From the NCBI GenBank assembly GCA_964234715.1, contig OZ174282.1: DNA of 64,000 bases, one strand, 5' to 3'. Positions 10,174-22,100 of this stretch are shown here, piece by piece. The notes beneath the pieces are model-generated. The model did no database searches. It was not told the DNA's origin and saw nothing but the letters and a program-made list of their open reading frames with translations. Origin of the DNA: Podarcis melisellensis. Taxonomy: Eukaryota. A program made the position numbers and the translations under genes. Position 1 is the first letter of the stretch. Every line of letters begins with the position of its first letter.

Positions 10174-13100
10174 CTGTCAATGGGAAAGAGAGACTGGGAT
10201 GAAGGAACGGAGGGGCTGCCATGACTGATCAACATCCACCAATACTAAATAATATTATTTAGATGCCCTGCTCTTCTGCATTTCTCAACAAGAATACCGA
10301 ACTGTTAAATTCAGAACATGCTCTTGAAGCAGCAGCTAAACAAATGTAAAAGAGCATGGTAGATAAACAAACAAAAAGGTTCTTGGAAAACAGAGAAGGC
10401 ATGCGATCAGTTTGGCCCAATGGGAATATAAAACCCACACCACAACTAAAAAGGTCCAGCTTTCAGTGGATACCTGCTGATTGCTAGCCAGTGCAGGGAC
10501 ACACAGCAGCAAGGCATACAGGCTTTACTGGCAGAAGCCAAATGAGATTTCCCCCTTCTGCACGCCCCCCCCCCAGTAGATAAAGGCAGTTGTGTGGGAG
10601 GGAGCCCAGATATTTCCAGCCTAAAAGCAACAAACTGGAACTGTTCAAGATTCTGTGGGGCAAGTGTGACCGAGCTAGCTGTAGGATTCAGGTGTGCAAG
10701 GAGGCTTAACTGGTACGGGGGAAGGTTCTGATAGAATTTGCAGCATAGAAACGGAAGCAACAGGGATGCCACCCTACCTCTCTTCTCTGCTAATGTCCAC
10801 CCCCACGGATGGCGGCGCAGCAAGGATGTCTGTGATCAGGGGCAGAAACCTCTGCAGGATCAACTTCAGAGAAGTGCAGCCTGTCTGGACGTAACTGACA
10901 AGAGAACAAGGAGAATCAGAATAGGACAAACGTTTTCACAACTAAACCTAAAATGCAAGTGGAGAAACAGGTGAAGGAGGAAGGGCAGAGCCACAGCAAA
11001 ATCAGTTGTCCTTCCAGTTTCTTTTCTTGTAAATCTGGATGCAGGAAGTCTTTTCTGCTGGGCACCCTGCATCTGCCCAGCAGGCTGCTGTTAAAAGCAA
11101 CTGATATTCACATGACCTCTTTCTCACCCAGTTCCTTCTTCAAAATGCAACCACAATTGTATATAAGCGTCAACACAAAGTGATGTACACATAGATGCTG
11201 CAACTACTCATGTTTTGAAGTGGTTTTAATATTGGGGCAGAGGAATCACTCCCTGAAAACCACAGCTTGGTGGTTAGTAAAGCAAAAGAGGAAAAACCTC
11301 AACACCCAACTTTCTTAGGAAACTCCTGCTTGAACTGCAAACTTCTCTTGTTGGATGGTGGGGCAGCCTGATTTAGGATGGGCCCTTCTCAGTCCTTATT
11401 TCTGCTGGTGACATCCCCTCATGATTTAAAGCTTCAAACATGACACCAAATTTGGGCAGAGGGGGAACCCTGACCAATATAGAAGTGCACTGGGACCATG
11501 GCGACAGCAAAGTGGGCAATGGTCCCCTTCTGTTCAGCACCTGCAAAGTGAAGTTGTGATAAGCCCAAAGCTGGCAGGCCTGCTTCCCTGCTGGCCCACC
11601 TCCAGGCCTGCTCTCTGCTTGGGCAAGTCACAACCCCACTCCCTCCAATAAAAATGCACAAGACATGAACACACACAGGTGTGCAGCAGCTACTGCCACT
11701 TCATCAGGACCATCATCAAATGCAAGTTGACAAAACTCTCAAAAGCTGCTGGCTACAGCTAGCCAATAAAGCACTTGATTGATCAGGCACTCTTACTCAA
11801 GGACATACATTTGTCAGAAGACTCACCTTTCATATTTGCTTTGCAGAAGTTTCTCTATCTGAGGCAAGATGACTGTGCACAGATCCAGCTTCCAAAGAGA
11901 CCTGGAAAGAGAATATAGGCTCCAGAGAGATACCCCAACCCATGCCCTGCAACAGCAAACCCCTCTGACCTGCAGAACACTCCAGAGACCTTAGCCAGAG
12001 AGCAGCTGCTGGTCTCGGGCTAGATGGACCTCATTCAGGACAAAGAAGCTTCATTTGCTCACCCCAAGGCAGAAAGGAGCCAAAGGATGAGACAGCGGGT
12101 GACTCTCAGCCCAGTGAGTCCTCATGAGGGATCTGAGTTATGCCATGGCTCCAAGCTCAGCACAGGGCTAGCAGGTGTAAGCACCAGGTGGCACCACCAA
12201 GTCCCACAAGTTTTCATGGGGCAGGACATGGGGGCTGCCGAGAAATAAGGCCTGGGATCCTGTGGGTAACTGCTGGCCACAACCTCCACTCAAGAGGTGA
12301 AAAGGGACTTGTAGGTTACCCAAGAAAGGAAGAGGATCCTGAGCCACATGACAGAAAGCATTCCCTTCAGGCAGGAAAGCAAACGAACTCACGCCTTCTG
12401 GTTGACGATGTTTAGGAGGTCCACCATAACGGAGAGGTCATTGATGGCCACTGCGGAGTCCACAGATGTCTGAGAAAAAGCAAGAGAGGCAAATCAGGAT
12501 GAGGGCAAGTCTCCTAGAGATAGACATCATGAAGGCAAGCCAAGTGGTGGTAAAGAAGAACGTCTTCCAAGGCTTTCAGCTACACCTGTACACAGCCTTT
12601 GGCAGAGGGGATCAGCCATGCAGGTTTCAGCCCTTCCATCGGACAAAAGAGTCTCTTTATACACAGCAGGCTATATTTTGTCAAGCAAATAGGAACAGGG
12701 TCACCTGCCATGATGATGCTCTCTTAGACAGGAAGAATTCAACCCAGGGAAGATCCTGCCTCAGGGGCTGTAAGAGCCATTTCTCATCCCAAAGCTCATC
12801 TCCAGGCTAAGACAAGCACTGGCTGAGAAGCTGCCAGAACACACCAAGGCCCCCCAGGGGGCAGCCAGCAGACCTCTTGAGAGGGAGCATTCCCTAAAAG
12901 CCACTGAGGCACTTGACAGACCACCCAAAATTAGCACAATTCTTTATGGGACTTCAAGGCTCATGCAAGTGACAGGGATAATGTGGCCATGGAAATGCCC
13001 CTTCTGAGTGGAGAGTAAGCAGGCAGCCTCCTCTAGTAGGAATGGCATCCACAAGAGAGAATGTGAATGCCTATTCTGAGTCTGTGTCACATCTTGAGTT

Positions 13101-16100
13101 ACGGGGTCTCCTTGCAGGTCACAGTCCTGCCACCCACCCCACAGCTGAGAATGGTTCTGGGCTACCTCCTTGTCAGGTAGAGTAAGACGGTGTGGAAGCC
13201 CTCTCCTTCCAGCATGGGAAGGTGAGATGCTGCTGATTACGCCATAATAACCAACTTGTGGAATGTATTCCTACTGCAGATTCCTCACCCCCACCCTGAA
13301 TTTCAAATATTTTGGCCAGAAGAAAGGGATGTGTTGGCTGCCTAAGGTCAGCAGGAAGAACAGGAGCCTTCTTAAAAGGCACAGGGCTTGCTCCCAAAGC
13401 AGCCCCTCTCCCTAGCTGGAGCAAAAGATGCTCATTCATCATCTTGGTCAACTGATAACAATCAAACTTCAAGCTTTTTGTATCCAAGCTGACAGTGGTG
13501 GGAGGTTTGAGATCTGGACCTACTAAGTCCAAAGCCCCTGGAACTGTACTGCTTAACAAAGGCAACGAAAAGGCCACTTGCCTTGATGTCTCCAGTGCTC
13601 CACACGGCCCTCACGGTGTCCAAGTTCTTGTGGCGGCTGGTAAGCACCACGCACATGGTCTCGTGTCCCTTCCGGATTTGGGACATGGCCTCTTCATCCA
13701 CAATCTCCGCCAGGTTTTGGTTGTTCACAGCCTGCAAGGACAGAAAGGAAAGGGAACTTGGCATTGATGGTCTAATTTGTAATGTATTACAGACACAAAC
13801 ACATAAATTATACCTTTTTGTATAGTTTATTACAGTTTTACTTAACACAACTAGAGGCAGAAACATTACTGTTAAAAGAATAGAACATATTAGGTCTATC
13901 ACTACAATTGGAAAGATGGGGATGCTGGGCTGTGAATTCTTTTCTACCGTCTCCTTGATAAGACTACCTTTGATTTGTTCAGAATCGCTGGCTGGCTCTA
14001 CTTTTTGTCTTGATTCAATCATACTATTTACTACCCAACCAAATCACTAGCCATACAATTAAATTATTTGTACCCTAGCTGAGAAATATCTAAAGTGTTT
14101 AGCCAGGGAGGGGATCTACTACCATCCATGCTCTTGCTAAAGGCTAGTTTCTGATGTCCTTTCATCTAAACATTATCCCTTCTTTTGTGGACCGGTTTAC
14201 CTGCGGGATTGCCTTACCCCATCTGTGACCTTTTGACCACTTTGATCTGTGGAACTGGCACTGTTACAAGGGTCACAATACAAAATTGCTACTTTAATGC
14301 AGCAGCACCCACACTTTGGAACTCCCTGCCTATTGACATAAAGCAGGCACCTTCACTGTCCCCTTTTTGACACCTGCTAAAAACTTCTGAAGCAGCCAAA
14401 GAGCAGGGTGTGCAGGACAGGCAAATGACTAGACTTTCCTCCCTGCCCAGGTGACAGCCACTTGTCGTTCCCAATCCCTCTTCTACAGGGAAGAAACTTA
14501 CCGGCAAAAAGTCAGAGGCCTTCAGCCCGATAGGCTCATTCCTGGCTGCAGGGATCACAGATGGCTCAACCTTGGTCTTGGGGGTCGAGGATGCTATTGG
14601 CGACCTCTGAATAGGGTCAGGCTGCTGTGGGAAGTGGAGATGGAGTTAAGGATCAGGTGCAAGATAGGATCTGCTCAGGAAATCCCTGGGTCTCATCTTG
14701 CCCACCTCCACCACATTTGGCTGTAAGAAAGAAGCTTGCAGGGAATTCCAACCACCAGAACCAAGATCTGCTGGGGAAGGCCTTTCAAAACCACTTGGAG
14801 GTTTTGGCAATTAAGTGGTGTGTATTTTTTTTATTTATAAAAAATGATAGTAATTTTAAAAATCCCCCACTGAGCCCAGCCTTTCCCAATCTGGAGCCCT
14901 CCATATGTTTTGGACTACAACTCCTTTACAAATACTGGGAGTCGTAGTCCAACACACCTGGAGGTTGGCAATGGCTGGTCTGGACTTCCTTGCTTAGAAC
15001 ACAGTGACAGGCCACTGCCTCTTTTTCATGCTGCTAGAGCAGGGTTTCCCAAACTTGGGCCTCCAGCTGTTTTTGGACTACATTTCCCATCATCCCCGAC
15101 CACTGGTCCTGCAGGCTAGGGACGATGGGAGTTGTAATCCCAAAAGAGCTGGAGACCCAAGGCTGGGAAATCCTGGGATAGAGGCACCATCATTTCTGGA
15201 GCCAGGGTGGGGGGGAAGCAGGAATAGGAGAGGACACACCAATGGATGCAAGGCACTTACATTCTCTTGGCTTGGCAACGGAGTCGGAATATCTGCCACT
15301 TGACTGAGCCTTGAGGCTTCTTTGGCAACCATGGGCTCTGGAGGGAAGAAAAACTATGTTTTCTTACTATCAAGACTGCACAAATAGTGGCAGCAGGCGA
15401 GAGCTCTGCCCTAGAAGTCAAAGACTCTGGGCTCTATGGCCCTGGGCTCAAAGGTTCCTGCCACTCCCACCCAAGACAGTCCATGGCTCTCTTGCCCCAA
15501 GGGCCGACACGCTGCCCTTTGGAGGCAAAGCTGAAGAATCCGAACTCGAGAAAAAGATAACTCATAACTTCCCCCAGCAACACAGACATTGTAAATGTCC
15601 ATGTGAAGCCAGCAATACAGTAGATGTATGGAGATCTTCTCTGGTTCTTTCTCAATACTTGAAAAAGAAATTCCAACTCACCATCCTCTGGAGGTGCAGG
15701 AAAAGGTTCACTCTTGCTGGGTGGAGTTCGAGCTGAAAAAGACAAAAAAATAAAGCGCCTAACCTTGCACTCCATTTAAGTTACACAAGAAATTAGATGA
15801 TCCTGTGGTGTCACCTTCATGAGTCTACAGATTGTTTCCACTATGGCAGTAACACTTCTGCATTACAGGTAAAGGGATTAATAAATATTTCTCCCTCTGA
15901 GGAAGAAGTGGGTACAGTTATGCCTCTTCACTCCTTCCCACATTTCTTTTCAAGAGACAGGAACAACCATTCCATGTGCTAAAAATGCATCCTGGGAATA
16001 TTGGGTAGAATTCAGACTAAGCTAGTTGTACTTAGGTTCCACTGAAATCAGTGGGACAAGTTAATAATGACTTCAATGTGACTTACGTTCAGCTAGTTAA

Positions 16101-19100
16101 GTATGGCTCCAAATCATAGTGTTTTGGTGTGGGGCTTTTTAGCTGGTGGGGGCAGTGTTAGTTATATATTCAGATGTAAATTCTCACTGTGGACTGCCCT
16201 CAGATGTATTTGTACAAAGGATGGTGTGCAAATACTTTAACAAACACATGTTGCAAACTTAGATGCTAGTACTCTACCTCTAAATGACTGACCATGCCAG
16301 AACACAATATTCAGTAGCAAGTTGTGAACCTAAAATTGCCTCTTGAAGGTCTTTGGAGGCAACGATAAATTAAAACTCTGGGAGAGTCACATGCTTGTTC
16401 ACAAGTGCCACACAAAGATCGAATATTACAAAATGGGGGAAACAGCGCAAGACACCTTGGTTTGCTTTGTGGCATCACACAGATTACTTCAGCAGCACTC
16501 ACTTATGGGATTCTTTGGCTGGAAGATCTCATTGTAGTCTTCTGTGTTCTGGATCTCCGCTGTGGATTCCTTATCTTCCCTGTCGTCCTCACTGCTTGGA
16601 CTGCGCCTCTCGCTCTCTGAGTTGTGTTTCATTCTGTCATTAAACCACAGATATAAGAATACCAGAACAGCCCTGAAGCCAATGGGGGCTAATAATAATA
16701 ATAATACCCCGCCCATCTGGCTGGGTTTCCCCAGCCATTCTGGGAGGCTTCTAGTACATATAAAAATGTCAAACATTAAAAACTAGCCAATACAAAGCTG
16801 CTTTCATTCAGGTGTCTTCTAAAAGAAGAAGAGTTTGGATCTGATATCTCGCTTTATCACTACCCGAAGGAGTCTCAAAGCGGCTAACATTCTCCTTTCT
16901 CTTCCTCCCCTACACAAAGTTATGTAGTTCTTTATCTCCTTGACATCTGATGGGAGGGCATTCCAAAGGGTGGATGCCACCACCAAGAAGGCCCTCTGCC
17001 TGGCTCCCTGTAACCTCACTTCTCACAGTGAGGGAACTGCCAGAAGACCCTCAGAGGAGGACTTCAGTGTCCAGGCTGAACGATGGAAGTGGAGATGCTC
17101 CTTCAGCTATATCTGAAGCCCAGCATCCTATTTTCCCCTAAATGACCAACTGGATGTCCACAAGCAGGACCCGAGAGCAAGAGCAGCCCTCTCCCTTCTT
17201 AGGATTCCCAGCAACAGGTATTCAGAGGCATTCTGCCACCACCAACATTGCCACCATGGCTAGTAGCCATTGATGGCTTTATCTTCCATGAATTTGGCTA
17301 ATCTTCTTTTATAGCCATGTACAATAAAATAGGCAAACAAGTTTTTCTTAGAAAAATCCCCCAGAAGCAATGGAGGGGACCACACAGAAACCATTGAGAA
17401 CATCCCTTTGCTTTCAGTTTCCATCTCTAAATCCTTTGGCATACAAGGGCTGCCACCTCCCGCCCTCTAAGAGGAGTCTTCCTTCCTTGCCTTTGGGGTT
17501 TGCTGCATGTTGTCGTTGGCCTGTCATAGATGCGTCGAAGGGAAGAGCCCGCAGGCAAGGGCTGAGTGAGAGGCTTGTCATCCCGGATCAGTCCACGGGT
17601 GCCAGGCCCACATTTTGTGACTCGGCTGAGGTCCACCACAAAGGAAGAGACTGTGCTTTGTGTGAAAGAAACACCAATCTGTGAAGAACAGAAACGAAGT
17701 CATGTTCTGTGCAAGTCAACTTTACATCAGGTTTGCAGCCAAAGTGCTCTGGGAAGTCAACAAGAATCCACCTTGGCAACCATGTGAGGGGAACGGGAAG
17801 CAAACTCAAAATGAAAACTACCAGGAGACATGAGGAGGAGATGACTCAGGGTCCATTTGCAAGAGTCAGGGGCCAAGTGTGCACTAGGAATGGCCCTGCC
17901 ATGCTACTGCCAGTGTCAGAAGCACAACTTGTGGCATGTCCACTTGTTGCACCCACTAGCAGAGAAGGAAACCCAAGTCCCTTCCTGCCCCTTCAGTCAC
18001 TCACCAGTTGATTGTTACAGATAGACAAATCAGCCACCTTGCCCCAATTCACCAAGACCACATCAAAACAGCGCTCAGGCTCCCAGCCATACACTCTCAG
18101 GGTATCATGGCAGCCAGCATACAAGCAGCAGCCATCGGGGTTAAACAGCACACACCTGAAGGGGAGAGGGGAAAAGTGAATGTGCAGGTCATCCAGACAC
18201 TGGTGCAAAACAAGGTGTGCCACTGACATTCTATGTCAGGAGATGGTCACAATCTCTGCTAGCCTTTAACTGCATGCTTTCCTCGCTTCAGCCGCTTGGC
18301 CAAACCAGAGCTTGGAACTGAAAGAGCATTAAGAGTCTGGGATCCCCATAGCAAAGTCACACAAAGCAAGAACATGCCCTCATGCCTCTTGACACAAATC
18401 ACTGCCCAAGTCTGATGTACCTGACAGGAGTGGCCTCCTCTTCAATGCAGCTCACCACCTGGAACTTCTCCAAGTCCCAGAATCTGACTGTTCTGCAAGA
18501 CAGAAAAAAACCAAACACCTATGTGATCTCCTAGGCCCAAGGCAAGGAGGAGCTAATCCAACACTTCATTATTCATTGGTCTTTGTTTCTAGCAACAGTC
18601 TGTAGTCCTAATAAAAATAAGGATGGAGCACAAAAAACAAACAGGTGCAGATGAGTGTCTGGGATTCCAGGCAAGGAACAGAGCACTCAGTTACTCACAA
18701 GCTTGCTCTAGCCATGACCAGCCATTAGATCTGTGATAATGATGGCAACCTCATCAGAAACTCCTGTCGTTCTTAAAATCACATGGCGGGACCTAAGAGC
18801 AAAGGTGTCCAGAGGCTAGGGCACTTTGGGATTTAAAAGGAAAACACAGCACTCTGAAGTGCCCAGAAACCAACTGGTAACCAGGGCAGCACTGTAACAA
18901 CCACTCTCTAAGGTCAGTCCCAGCTGCTGTGTTCTAAACCAAATAGAACCAAGTTTGTGAGCTATGTAAAACACTTTCCTGTAATGATAGAGACCAAATC
19001 TTTTATCTTACACAAGATGGTGCAGCAAATATATCTGGTGCAGCTGAGAAAAGGCACAGCAGTAATGCTGGGTCAAATATCACCCCTGTGCAGCAAACCT

Positions 19101-22100
19101 GTTCCTTCAGAAGGGGCGGCAAGGCCATTCAGACAAATTTTACACCTACTCTCAACTCAACAGGCCCACTGTTCATCTACACCATGGGTAGGCAAACAAA
19201 GGCCCGGGGGCAGGATCCTGTGCAATCGCCTTCAAAATCTGGCCCGCGGATGGTCCGGGAATCAGCGTGTTTTTACATGAGTAAAATTATTTAAAATGCA
19301 TCTCTGGGTTATTTGTGGGGCATAGGAATGCGTTCATTCCCCCCATATAGTCTGGCCCCCCACAAGGCCTGAAGGACAGTGGACCGGCCCCCTGCTGAAA
19401 AAGTTTGCTGACCCCTGATCTACACCTCCTCTGAACCTGCTTCAGTTCATCCAGCCCATTTATCCAGCATCATTTCAGAGACTCTATACTCTCACCAAGG
19501 TTCAAGGAAGAAGAGAAAGAAGATTTGAGAGCCATCAGCATATACCAAACTCCAAAATCTAGCATGATGACATCTACCAAAAGATTCAGGTAGGTATGAC
19601 CTTGTTCTAGGTTCCAGAAGAGGATAATGAAGAGGCCAGAAGGGCCTCCCTAAACAGGAAATTCAAAAGGTAAGCTGTTTCAATCATCACCAACAATTAT
19701 TCCAATTCCACAAATGAAAATGTAAGTATCTGCAGCAAATAATTGCAAGTTGCAGATGAGCCACATTACATGCTATTGTCCCCCACTTATTTCCCAACAA
19801 GAATTTACCTGTCAGAGCTACCAGAGGCCAACAGGTATTCATTGGGATGGAATTCTACAACGTTGACTGGCCCTGTGTGTCCTGTGAATTCGAACATGAT
19901 CTTCCCAGCAGCCAGGTCCCACAACTAGATAGAGAAAGAACCTTAAAGTCTTGAGGTTGCCCAACCCCATTCCTGATTGTTTGGCACAAAAGAGCACCTC
20001 TTGGTGTGGCAAGCAGTCAAAACTGCCACAAGAAGGAAGGTGAGTGCCAAAGGGGTCTAGCAAAATCAGGCCAGTACCTTCACTGTGTGATCGTCTGCAG
20101 ACGACGCCAGCCATTTGCCATCAGGGCTGAATCGGAGACAGCGGACTGCTTGAGTATGGCCCTGTAAAGGCAAAACAGACCCAGTTCATTCCTAGCAGAG
20201 CTTGGCACTCCCAGGATGAAATAATGGGTCACACACAGGAAACATCAAGGCTGAGCATGTCTCGCAACAACTGTCTTGTTGTGAAATTACTATATTGCAA
20301 GAGAAAAAATACAATCCCTTAGACTGTCTTTGCCAACATGGCACCCTCCAGGTGTGTTGGACTGCAACTCCCATCAGCCCCAGCCAGCATGCAAAACATC
20401 TGGAGGGCACCAGGTTGGTGAAAGCTACATTTAGACATAGCCAAGATACAGCTTCAAACATTGTAAATATCACTTTCTAGTAAGGAAGGAAAATGAGATT
20501 GGATAGGGAAGAGCTTAATGATTTGCCAAGTACTTGGGCTCCTTTAGGAGGGAGGGGAGCCTTTCTCAATTGCTGTGAGGGGCAGCTGGCATGTTAGAGA
20601 CCAGCTGAGGGCTCCATCAACAGTGGAAAGAAACCATGAATTTTGGAAGATAGGAGTTGAGCACAGAAAAAGGGTTGCCCTGGAAACGAGTCTGAGGGAG
20701 CTAAAAAAACAGGAGGAGAAGAGGTTGTACTTTGGGAAGAGGTGCAGGGGGTGCTATAATTCAGTGAGCGAGTGCATGCTTTTTAACTGGAGCACCCTAT
20801 TTTAAAAAATAATGCAAGGTGGCTGTGAAGGTCAGTACCAAAGTACAAAAAGGATGAGAAGATATTAACTTGCAAGATTAATGGCATCAAGCCTCTCTGG
20901 GCACCTTCAAGAAGCAGTACCCAATGGACCCCTCTCCCCACTGGCCCTTCCTTTGGTTGGGTGGGGCCTGAGGGCTGGCAATGTAGACCCTGTTTATGTA
21001 ATAGACACTGGGAATTTTGTAAACTGGCCAGAACCTGTGGGTGGGATTGCCTCAATGAGCTCTCCAAACTGAAATACTGTAGCAACTGGACATGGAAGAA
21101 CTCCCAGAGGCAGAAGGAGATTTGAGGGGTGCCCTGCAGACAAAATAATATGCTTTCCTTCTTACCTTGTACCTGAAGACGCAGCCCTTCCTTCTCACGT
21201 CCCAAAGCTGCATGAAGGAAATGGACAAAAGCTTTACAATGGCAACTTGGAAGTGTCTTGAAGATCTTCCAAAGCACCGGTCTCCAATTAAAAAAGTCCT
21301 GGGGTTGAGGGACATTTTCTAAGAGTATGCAACTATTTGAATTTCAAAAACAGGATATCAGCTGAAGTGCAGAACACACACAAATGAGGTCTTGGGTGCA
21401 CGATCAGTTCATAGTTAAAGGGCTGGGAAGAGCTCTGCCCACGCCACTGGAAAGCGGCTTCTGGTCCATGAGAATATTGCTGGGCTGCATGAACAACTCC
21501 TCAGACTTAATAGAAAACAGCTCCTTACATCCACTGATATGCAGCGCTTTGGGGATCCTGCTGTTCTGAAATACACATGCAGGGAGTGAGGGAGACTCAA
21601 AAGTCTTACCTTAATGTTGGTGTCCATGGATCCTGAAGCTACAAAGCCTCCAAAAGGATGAAAGTCTAGGCTGCAGATATTCGCTTTGTGGCCCATTAAT
21701 GTACGGAGAACTGGATGGGAAAGGGAGGGCAGGGAATTGAGATGCAAGCATGGTGTAAGAAGATGCAGGATTGATACAGTTTTTCAGTTCAGATCAGATT
21801 TGCTATTTCAATGGTTCAGTAAAATTCTTTTTTAAAAAAATAATCTGGTTTAGAATGAAATCAGAAAATCATACAAATGTTTTAACGTTTCCCTGTACAG
21901 TCTCTTAAAATAGAAATCACACGCATCTACCAAGCACATCAAATTAAAACCTGCTTTTCTATGAAAGTAATGGAGGAAAGATTGTTGACTGCTGAGGTTA
22001 AGCACTGTAAACATAATACAAATGGATAAATATTATTGGGGGAAATTATAAAGATCTGAGCGCAAACAAAACAGCTCTTCTTATTCATAGGGTTGGCATC

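Noticed and set aside
14706-14720. Possible 15-nt KATNB1 micro-exon (ttacag|CCAAATGTGGTGGAG|gtgggc, PNVVE)
   Set aside because: It preserves the frame, but the donor is weak, the downstream intron would be only 81 nt, and the protein is already full length without it. It cannot be supported without reads.
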